From positions 64,001-128,000 of the forward strand of contig JBCCHT010000008.1 of the NCBI GenBank assembly GCA_039028615.1: a stretch of 64,000 nt of DNA, given 5' to 3'. The DNA is from Myxococcota bacterium. Its GTDB lineage: Bacteria > Myxococcota_A > Polyangia > Nannocystales > Nannocystaceae. A model generated the notes under the pieces. It saw nothing but the letters and a program-made list of their open reading frames with translations, was not told the DNA's origin and searched no databases. This document shows positions 57,033 through 64,000 of this stretch, in pieces; the first letter of the stretch is position 1; each line of letters starts with the position of its first letter. A program made the translations under genes and the position numbers.

Positions 57033-58832
57033 TCAGACCGCCTGACGCAGAGAGGAGCCGACGCGGCTTCGGGTGGCGCGGGCGGGGATCTTCTCTCCGC
57101 GGCGCAGGAACTGGCCGTAGGCCCGCTCGCGACCCAAGCCGGGCACGTGGTGCCCCTCGGTGTAGATCAGCTCGCCGCCGACCAGGGTGGCCGTGACCGC
57201 GGCGTCGTTGCGCCGCACCATGCGACGCAGGCCGCCGTACACGTCGACGGGGGCCTCGTGATAGTCGTCGAGCGAGTCGTCCAGCCCGGCGGGATTGATG
57301 ATCGCGAGGTCGGCCCGATCGCCCACGCGGATGTGCCCGGCATCGATGCCGAGCCAGTCGCCGATCTCCCCCGTGACGCGGTGCACCGCCTGCCCCATGG
57401 GCAGCAGGGGCTTGCCGGCTTGCTCCGCCCGCAACATGGTGCGCAGGAAGTAGAGCGGGAAGTTGTAAAACGCCATGTTGCGCAGGTGCGCCCCCGAGTC
57501 GGCGAAGCCCACCTGAACCGCGGGGTGCGTGATGATGTCGTTGAGCGTGTCGGGCCGATGATTGGCGATGGTGGTCTTCCACCGCAGCGCCCGGCCGTGC
57601 TCCATCACCAGATCGAGGAAGGTGTCGACGGGATGCTCGCCGCGAGCATCGGCCAGCTCACCGAAGGACTTGCCCGCCAGCGCCGGATCGGGGGCGGACA
57701 CGATCTCGGCGTCGTGGAAGTCGCGCTGCCACACCCGGGGGCCAAAGCGCTTGTCGTAGTCCTTGCGGAAGCGGCGACGATACGCGGGATCGCGGAACAG
57801 GGTGTTGCGCTCGACCTGGTCGACCAGGTGCAGGGCCTCCTCGCCCGCCCCGAACTCCTCGAAGATCACCAGGTCGATGCCGTCGGCGTAGACCTCGAAG
57901 GGCATGGGCACGCTCTGCCAGCGTAGGTCGCCGCCGAAGAGCCGATTGAAGACCCCCGTCCCGCCGAGCACCGTGGCCGAGAGCATGGGGTTGGCCTTGG
58001 TGTCGGCCACCGTGATCAACGTGGACTTGAGCGGCTTACGGAAGCCGAAGCCTGCGCTCTCGATGAGGTAGAGGATCGCGTTGACCTTGGTGGTGATGTT
58101 GGGCGCCGACTGCAAGATGGCCTCGCGGCGCCGCAAGATCCGATGCAGGCGTCGATACTCGCCCCAGGTCGCGAAGGTGGAGGGCAAGGGCCGCGAGCGC
58201 ACCCGGTCGCCGCCGATCTTGTCCCAGGGGTTGGTCATGCACGACAGGCCCAAGAAGCCCGCGTCCAAGGCCTGCTCGAGCGCGCTCTCCATGGCCGCGA
58301 GCTGCTCACGAGTGGGGCGCACGCTCTTTTCGGTGGCCGCCTCGAGCCCCATCACCGCGGTGCGTAGATCGGAGTGGCCGATGAAGGCCATGACGTTGGG
58401 GCCGAGCGCGAGGGCGTCGAGACGCTGCGCGTAGTCGGCCGCGGTGTTCCACGCCTTGTCGGCCAAGGCCTCGAGCACGTGCTCGCGCGGGACCGCTTCG
58501 ACGCGAGAGAACAGATCGGCACAGTCCTCGGTCGACGAGTAGATGGTGCTCAGCGAGCACGACCCCACGCAGACGGTCGTGACCCCGTGCCGCACCGACT
58601 CCCCCAGCCCGGGCGCGAGCAACAGCTCGGCATCGTAGTGGGTGTGGTTGTCGATAAAGCCGGGCATCACCCAGCGCTCGGACGCGTCGATGACCGTGCC
58701 GGCCGACGAACGATCGAGCTGTGGCGCGACCTCGACGACATGCCCATCGACGATGCCGACGTCCGCTTGCCGCGGCTCGGCCCCGGTGCCATCGAAGTAG
58801 GTTCCCGAGTGAATGACGACGTCGTAGCTCAT
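57033..58832 (-). CDS. N-acyl-D-amino-acid deacylase family amidohydrolase
   Basis: DGTG, PGFIDNHTHYD, HGVTTV..GSC, DSGAH, GDRADL. Confidence 0.9.
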   Translation of the reverse strand: MSYDVVIHSGTYFDGTGAEPRQADVGIVDGHVVEVAPQLDRSSAGTVIDASERWVMPGFIDNHTHYDAELLLAPGLGESVRHGVTTVCVGSCSLSTIYSSTEDCADLFSRVEAVPREHVLEALADKAWNTAADYAQRLDALALGPNVMAFIGHSDLRTAVMGLEAATEKSVRPTREQLAAMESALEQALDAGFLGLSCMTNPWDKIGGDRVRSRPLPSTFATWGEYRRLHRILRRREAILQSAPNITTKVNAILYLIESAGFGFRKPLKSTLITVADTKANPMLSATVLGGTGVFNRLFGGDLRWQSVPMPFEVYADGIDLVIFEEFGAGEEALHLVDQVERNTLFRDPAYRRRFRKDYDKRFGPRVWQRDFHDAEIVSAPDPALAGKSFGELADARGEHPVDTFLDLVMEHGRALRWKTTIANHRPDTLNDIITHPAVQVGFADSGAHLRNMAFYNFPLYFLRTMLRAEQAGKPLLPMGQAVHRVTGEIGDWLGIDAGHIRVGDRADLAIINPAGLDDSLDDYHEAPVDVYGGLRRMVRRNDAAVTATLVGGELIYTEGHHVPGLGRERAYGQFLRRGEKIPARATRSRVGSSLRQAV

Positions 58833-58850
58833 CGATCGCGACCTCGAAAG

Positions 58851-58876
58851 AAAGATAGCAATCACTCTCTATCTTT
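58851..58876. promoter_or_regulatory. palindromic operator, candidate TetR site
   Basis: AAAGATAG-N10-CTATCTTT, 19-44 nt upstream of the deacylase-tetR operon. Confidence 0.6.
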
Positions 58877-58969
58877 TCAAACCAACGCTCAATGAGCGAC
58901 CAGCGACGAATAACAACGTTTTAGACCCCGTCAGCCGGAGCCCGGCGCCGTCCACGTAAAGTGGTCTGT

Positions 58970-59572
58970 ATGCGTAGCTGTCCCGAGTGCCACGGGTTCG
59001 TGCCCTCTGCCCAACGCGCGTGCCCCCACTGCGACCACACGTTGCCCACGGCACCAGCCGGCGAAGGCGGTTTCCTGAGTCGGGTGGGCGTGGGGCTCAT
59101 GGCCAGCTCGACCGCGATGACCTTGATGGCGTGCTACGGCGCCCCCTGCCCCGACGAAGATTCGTGCGGCGACGGAGGCAGCGCGGGGCCCCTCGAGGAG
59201 ACTTGCGACTTGATGACGCCGACCGAGGACCTCGGCGTCGACGCGCCCGTCAACGTCTCGGGCACGCTGACCACCGAGGGCAGCAACGTCGGCAGCTGCG
59301 GGGGTGCGGGCGGCGAGATGGTCTACACCTGGACGCCCCCCAGCGCGGGCACGTACACCATCTCGACCGAAGGCCAGCTCGACACCGTGCTCTACGTGCG
59401 CGACGCGGTGGCGGATGCCTGCGGCGTCGAGCTGGCGTGCAACGACGACGAGCCGGGCGCGACCACGTCGTCGCTCACCCTCGACCTGACCGGGGAACCC
59501 ATCGCCATCGTGGTCGACGGGTTCTCGGACGGGACCGCCGGCGACTTCACGCTCTCCATCCAGGGCTCGTAG
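58970..59572 (+). CDS. zinc-ribbon lipoprotein with C-Y-G motif and PPC-like domain; candidate radical SAM substrate
   Basis: CPEC..CPHC, hydrophobic stretch, LMAC-YGAP, then EMVYTW..DTVLYV..ELACNDD. Confidence 0.8.
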   Translation: MRSCPECHGFVPSAQRACPHCDHTLPTAPAGEGGFLSRVGVGLMASSTAMTLMACYGAPCPDEDSCGDGGSAGPLEETCDLMTPTEDLGVDAPVNVSGTLTTEGSNVGSCGGAGGEMVYTWTPPSAGTYTISTEGQLDTVLYVRDAVADACGVELACNDDEPGATTSSLTLDLTGEPIAIVVDGFSDGTAGDFTLSIQGS

Positions 59573-59582
59573 GCGCGCCACG

Positions 59583-60821
59583 GTGGCCGGTCGTCGCCTC
59601 GACGTCGTGGGGCAGGACTTCTTCCCCGCCTACGTGGTGTGGGAGCTGACCCTGCGCTGCGACCTGGCGTGCCGTCACTGCGGCTCGCGAGCGGGGGTTG
59701 CTCGACCCGACGAGCTCGACACCACCGAAGCGCTGGAGGTGGTGCAGCAGCTCGCCGAGCTGGGTGCACGCGAGGTGGTGGTGATCGGCGGCGAGGCCTA
59801 CCTGCACGATGGCTTCCTCGAGATCGTGGCCGCGCTCGCGAAGGCGGGGATCACCCCGGTGATGACCACGGGCGGACGCGGGGTCACGGCGCAGCTGGCC
59901 GCCGATATGAAGGCAGCGGGGCTCCAGCGGGTCAGCGTGAGCATCGATGGCCTCGAGCCGACGCACGACCGCATGCGCGCGTATCGGGGCAGCTTTGCCG
60001 CGGCCACGGCCGCCCTCGACCACTGCCGCGCCGCGGGCCTGGACATCACCGCCAACACCAACGTCAACCGGCTCAATCGCCACGACCTCGAGGGGCTCTA
60101 CGAGCACCTGCGGGACCACCACATCCGGGCGTGGCAGATCCAGCTGACCACCCCGCTGGGGCGCGCGGCCGACCGCACCGAGATGACCGTGCAGCCGTGG
60201 GACCTGCTGACGCTCGTGCCCACCATCGCCGCGCTCAAGGAGCGGGCCTTTGCCGACGGCATCGTCGTCATGCCGGGCAACAACCTGGGGTACTTCGGTC
60301 CCGAAGAAGCGCTGCTGCGATCGCCCTCGCGAGGCGGCCGCGACCACTGGCAGGGCTGTCAGGCGGGGCGCTTCGTGCTCGGCATCGAGTCGGATGGCGC
60401 GGTCAAGGGCTGCCCCTCGCTCCAGACCACCGCGTACGTCGGCGGCAACCTGCGAAGCCAGTCGCTCCGCGAGGTCTGGGACACCACGCCCGAGCTGGGC
60501 TTCACCCGTTCGCGCACGGTCGACGACCTGTGGGGCTACTGCCGCGAGTGCGTCTTCGCCGAGTCCTGCCTGGGCGGGTGCAGCTTCACCGCCCACGCGA
60601 TCTCGGGTCGACCCGGCAACAACCCCTATTGTCATTTTCGGGCGCGCGACTTTGCCAAGCGCGGACTCCGGGAGCGCTTGGTGCCCAGAGAGCCGGCCCC
60701 GGGACGCCCCTTCGACTACGGCGTGTTCGACATCGTGGTGGAAGCGATGGGCAGCGACGAGCCCAGCCTCGACGACGGAGCCCTGGTGCAGATCACCCGA
60801 CGGGCCCAACGACAGCGGTGA
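59583..60821 (+). CDS. radical SAM/SPASM maturase, PlpX/splicease-like
   Basis: YVVWELTLRCDLACRHCGSRAG, IGGE, SIDG, GNNLGYFGP, CQAG..DGAVKGCPSL, CRECVFAESCLGGC, NNPYC. Confidence 0.88.
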   Translation: MAGRRLDVVGQDFFPAYVVWELTLRCDLACRHCGSRAGVARPDELDTTEALEVVQQLAELGAREVVVIGGEAYLHDGFLEIVAALAKAGITPVMTTGGRGVTAQLAADMKAAGLQRVSVSIDGLEPTHDRMRAYRGSFAAATAALDHCRAAGLDITANTNVNRLNRHDLEGLYEHLRDHHIRAWQIQLTTPLGRAADRTEMTVQPWDLLTLVPTIAALKERAFADGIVVMPGNNLGYFGPEEALLRSPSRGGRDHWQGCQAGRFVLGIESDGAVKGCPSLQTTAYVGGNLRSQSLREVWDTTPELGFTRSRTVDDLWGYCRECVFAESCLGGCSFTAHAISGRPGNNPYCHFRARDFAKRGLRERLVPREPAPGRPFDYGVFDIVVEAMGSDEPSLDDGALVQITRRAQRQR

Positions 60822-60871
60822 GTTCCCCCCTTCGCTTGCGCGCGCCGTTGCCCCCGCGTCACACTGATCCG

Positions 60872-62248
60872 ATGAGACGGGTCCTGGTGGTCGGCTTCAC
60901 GGCCAGCCTCGGTGTCGGCTGTGGCTCCGATGCACCGACCACGGCCGGAGGGACCGGCGACACGGGCGAGGACACCACCGCGAGCGAGCCGGCCGAATGT
61001 GCCGAGGACCTCGATTGCCCCGACGAGCGGCCCCAGTGCAGCGAAGGCGTGTGCCTGGCCTGCGCCGATCTCGAGTCGTGCGAGGCCCACGACCCGGCCA
61101 CCCCCGCCTGTCACGAGCCCTCCGGTCGCTGCTTGCCCTGCCTCCCCGACGGCGACACCTGCTCCGGCGACATGCCCCACTGCACGGGCGCGGGCCAGTG
61201 CGTCCAATGCCTCGATTCCACGCACTGCCCCGACAGCGCCTGCAACCGCTTCACGGGGACGTGCATGCCCACCGACTCCGTCTACTGGGTCTTCAACTCC
61301 ACCCAGGACGAGTGGCCCGATCCCGACGGCACCGTCAACGCCCCCTTCGGCAGCATCCAGGAGGTCCTGCAGACGGTGGGCGACGAGCAGGTAACGATCT
61401 GGATCGCCGGGTCCGCGTACATCGAGGCGATGGGGATGACCATCGAGGGGCCTCGCACCGTCGCGATCCGGGAGTTCGTCGAGCCGACCTTCGGGGACGA
61501 TGAGCTCGATCCGCTGTTCGGGGGTGGATTGGCGGCGATGACCGTGACCGGTGGTGCCCGGGTCATCGTCGAGGAGGTCGACGTCACCGAACACGAGGAC
61601 GTGGCCATCGACTGCTTCGGCGCCGACCTGTGGCTGGTGAACCTGGGACTCATGGGAGGCACGGGCACGGGTCTGCGTGCCGTCGACTGCGACGTGCACC
61701 TGTCGGGGGTGCATGTCGGCGGCAACGACCGCGGGGCGATCACGACCTCGGGCAACACCACCCTGTCGATCGTCAACTCGGTGATCGGGCTCAACGGCGT
61801 GCCGCTGGCCACCGAGGGCACGGCCCTCGAGCTGCGCGGAGGGACGGCCGAGATCGTCCACTCCACCATCGCCGCCAACTACGGCGAGCCCGATCGCGCG
61901 TCGGTGCTCTGCAGCGGGGCCGCGCTGCGCATCCACAACAGCATCGTGACCAGCTTCGATGCGTCCATCGACTGCCCGCAGGCCCAGGTCGATCACAGCG
62001 TGGTCGATACCCCCTCGCTGTCGGGCGACGGGGTGTTCATCGCCGACTTCAACCCGCAGTGGTTCAACAGCTTCGGAGCCGGCCGCACGCGAGTCCGGTG
62101 GCCGACCCTGGCCGACCCCGAGTCCTCGCCGATGGCCGGGGTCGCGCAGTGGGCCCTGGGCGATCCCCTGACCGACATCGACGGCGACCCCCGCCCCGCC
62201 GTAGATGGCTCGGAGGACTACGCCGGCTGTGAGCGGCCGCCTCTGTGA
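60872..62248 (+). CDS. Cys-rich lipoprotein with beta-helix-like C-terminal domain
   Basis: GVGC lipobox; Cys repeats; DGTVNAPFGSIQE; NSVI/HSTI/NSIV; DIDGDPRP. Confidence 0.8.
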   Translation: MRRVLVVGFTASLGVGCGSDAPTTAGGTGDTGEDTTASEPAECAEDLDCPDERPQCSEGVCLACADLESCEAHDPATPACHEPSGRCLPCLPDGDTCSGDMPHCTGAGQCVQCLDSTHCPDSACNRFTGTCMPTDSVYWVFNSTQDEWPDPDGTVNAPFGSIQEVLQTVGDEQVTIWIAGSAYIEAMGMTIEGPRTVAIREFVEPTFGDDELDPLFGGGLAAMTVTGGARVIVEEVDVTEHEDVAIDCFGADLWLVNLGLMGGTGTGLRAVDCDVHLSGVHVGGNDRGAITTSGNTTLSIVNSVIGLNGVPLATEGTALELRGGTAEIVHSTIAANYGEPDRASVLCSGAALRIHNSIVTSFDASIDCPQAQVDHSVVDTPSLSGDGVFIADFNPQWFNSFGAGRTRVRWPTLADPESSPMAGVAQWALGDPLTDIDGDPRPAVDGSEDYAGCERPPL

Positions 62249-62341
62249 GCCTGGCTTGGTACGACAAAAAACTCCGTTTTCGTGATCCGCTCGGTGCGGA
62301 TTGGGAACAGGACCATCGACCCCCAACGACGGACCCTTCCC

Positions 62342-63541
62342 ATGAAGCACCAATCCCTATTCCTGCGCTCCTCCACCGCAATCCTCGGCATGTCGCTCCT
62401 GCTCGGAGCCTGCGGCGAGGAGCCCAACGACGATGCAGCGGGACTGCAGGCCGACGAAGAGATCATCTACGAACTCCTCCCTGGTGATTACCCCTACCGC
62501 GACGGCGACCGCACCATCTGCGCCGTCTACGAGGCCGACCTGGGCGATGAGATCGACCAGCGCACCGAGCACTACCTCATCGAGCGCATGAACGAGGAGC
62601 TCCAGGACGACGAAGAGTGGGCCGCCTTCTCCGGTTTCGACACCGTGGAGACCTGCGACGACGCCCGCGAATATCAGGCGCTGCGGCTCGAGTATGAGCA
62701 GACGCTTCCGATCGTCTTCAACCCGGAGCGCGGGATGTACCCCGAGGAGCCGGGGGCCGACCTCGGCGACGGCGTCGACAAGATCGGCGAAGCCACGGGC
62801 GAGTCCAACAACGACGCAGTCGTGCGGATCAAGCTGTCCGCCGCCTCGTCCGGCGCCTGCTCGGGCACCATGATCAACAACCGCACCGTGCTCACCGCCG
62901 CGCACTGCTTCCCCGCCGGGCAGCGCCCCATCGCCCTGCGACGCGAGGAAAACGGCAGCCTGCAGAACTTCGTGACCAAGGACGCCACCGTCTACAACCA
63001 CATCGACTACACCGGCGTGGGCGACCCGGGCGACGACATCGGCCTCATCGTGTTCGACACCCCCATCGCCGGGGTGGACAACGGAGCCGACACGCTGCGG
63101 GTGCTGACGTCGGGGATCGACGCGGGTGACAACATCATCTTCCTCGGCTGGGGCATCGCCGATCACCAGGGCACGGGCGCGGGCATCCTCCGCTACGGCC
63201 ACGCCGTCGTGGACTGGGCCAGCTCCCGCCACTTCACCGACACCGTGCTTCAGGGCGGGCCGCGGGCGTGCAAGCAGGACTCGGGCGGACCGGCTCGACT
63301 CAACCGCGGCTCCCATGGCGTGAGCTACGACCTCGTCGGCGGCATGGTCTCCGAGGGTGAGCTGGGCAGCCCCTTCTGCGGCTACCCCGGGCACAAGGTG
63401 CGCTGGGCCGCGACCGAGAGCAAGATCGAGTGGATCGAGACCCGCTTGCTCATCCACGGCATGAACCTGACCCCGCAAGATGCCGGCACCGCGTGCCACC
63501 GTTTCTCGCAGAACGGCCACACCTACATGCGTTGCTGGTAA
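62342..63541 (+). CDS. trypsin-like (S1) serine protease lipoprotein
   Basis: LGAC lipobox; CSGT, TAAHC, DIG, QDSGGP catalytic triad. Confidence 0.92.
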   Translation: MKHQSLFLRSSTAILGMSLLLGACGEEPNDDAAGLQADEEIIYELLPGDYPYRDGDRTICAVYEADLGDEIDQRTEHYLIERMNEELQDDEEWAAFSGFDTVETCDDAREYQALRLEYEQTLPIVFNPERGMYPEEPGADLGDGVDKIGEATGESNNDAVVRIKLSAASSGACSGTMINNRTVLTAAHCFPAGQRPIALRREENGSLQNFVTKDATVYNHIDYTGVGDPGDDIGLIVFDTPIAGVDNGADTLRVLTSGIDAGDNIIFLGWGIADHQGTGAGILRYGHAVVDWASSRHFTDTVLQGGPRACKQDSGGPARLNRGSHGVSYDLVGGMVSEGELGSPFCGYPGHKVRWAATESKIEWIETRLLIHGMNLTPQDAGTACHRFSQNGHTYMRCW

Positions 63542-63548
63542 AGATGTC

Positions 63549-63589
63549 GATGTCCCCTCGCCGACCGAGGCGAGGGGACATCCCCTTTT
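63549..63589 (+). terminator. intrinsic terminator
   Basis: gatgtcccctcgcc-gaccga-ggcgaggggacatc perfect 14-bp stem then ccctttt. Confidence 0.75.
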
Positions 63590-63621
63590 CGAATCGCCTC
63601 GACTGAAGAAAAGAACGACTC

Positions 63622-64000
63622 GTGCTTCGACCTCGCCTCGACCCTTGGATTTTCTCTGCCTGCTTGCTGTGGAACGTCGGCTGCGGCGACGACGGTAGTG
63701 ACGACGCGGCATCGACCGCGGCCGGATCCACCTCGATGTCCGCGGCCGAGGGTGGCAGCGGAGGTACCGGAGCGTCGGACCCGACCGGTGGCAACCAGGC
63801 CACCAGCGACGCGATGACCAGCGATGGCGGGGCGACGGGCAATGCCAGCGACGCGACGGGCAACCCGGGCGACGAGACCGGCACCGAGCTCGACTGCTCG
63901 GAGTGCGGCCTCCCCGGCTGCTTCAGCCAGCTCACGGGCGGCCAGTGCGTCTGCGAAGCGGGCTACGAGTGGGCCGACCCCACCGACCCCATGAACTTCC
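63622..64000 (+). CDS. Cys-rich lipoprotein, truncated by window edge (not in the ORF track)
   Basis: Own translation from GTG: VLRPRLDPWIFSACLLWNVGC-GDDGS.. linker ..CVCEAGYEW. Confidence 0.7.
   Translation, partial: MLRPRLDPWIFSACLLWNVGCGDDGSDDAASTAAGSTSMSAAEGGSGGTGASDPTGGNQATSDAMTSDGGATGNASDATGNPGDETGTELDCSECGLPGCFSQLTGGQCVCEAGYEWADPTDPMNF

Noticed and set aside
8793..58832. Functional link between the racemase operon and the N-acyl-D-amino-acid deacylase
   Set aside because: They are about 47 kb apart with separate regulators; nothing in the sequence ties them together.
59639..60871. 869-aa ORF suggesting a long N-terminal extension overlapping the rSAM gene
   Set aside because: The upstream part is an Arg/Gly-rich alternative frame; a signal peptide and lipobox begin at ATG 60872. 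The same applies to the extended calls 46356-48485, 8793-10400, 7777-9429 and 56392-57582.

Overview
High-GC (roughly 70% by eye) bacterial DNA with a myxobacterial, Nannocystaceae-like gene style: many Cys-rich lipoproteins with Thr/Ser/Gly/Asp linkers, DUF4215-type repeats, three ECF sigma factors, a sigma-54 activator and a Ser/Thr kinase-like protein. About 50 CDS can be supported; only queC and lysA get confident gene symbols. I saw no rRNA, tRNA, CRISPR array, transposase or integrase. Best candidates for an undescribed system: (1) 58970-60821, a PlpX-like ('splicease'-type) radical SAM/SPASM gene directly behind a zinc-ribbon lipoprotein whose lipobox Cys is the X of an X-Y-G motif; (2) 18431-22816, a two-gene, four-domain cassette (alpha-oxoamine synthase-GNAT fusion plus ACP-fatty acyl-AMP ligase fusion) resembling a compact ceramide/aminolipid pathway; (3) a lone lower-GC gene with a HEPN-type RxxxxH motif; (4) an ECF sigma factor fused through a TM helix to a large extracytoplasmic beta-sandwich/PDZ region; (5) a lipoprotein-DUF1501-cytochrome c operon with a CX6CH motif; (6) a coupled membrane protein-racemase-GNAT-like operon behind a LysR gene that appears to start at ATC. 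All family assignments come from motif recognition by eye; no searches were run.
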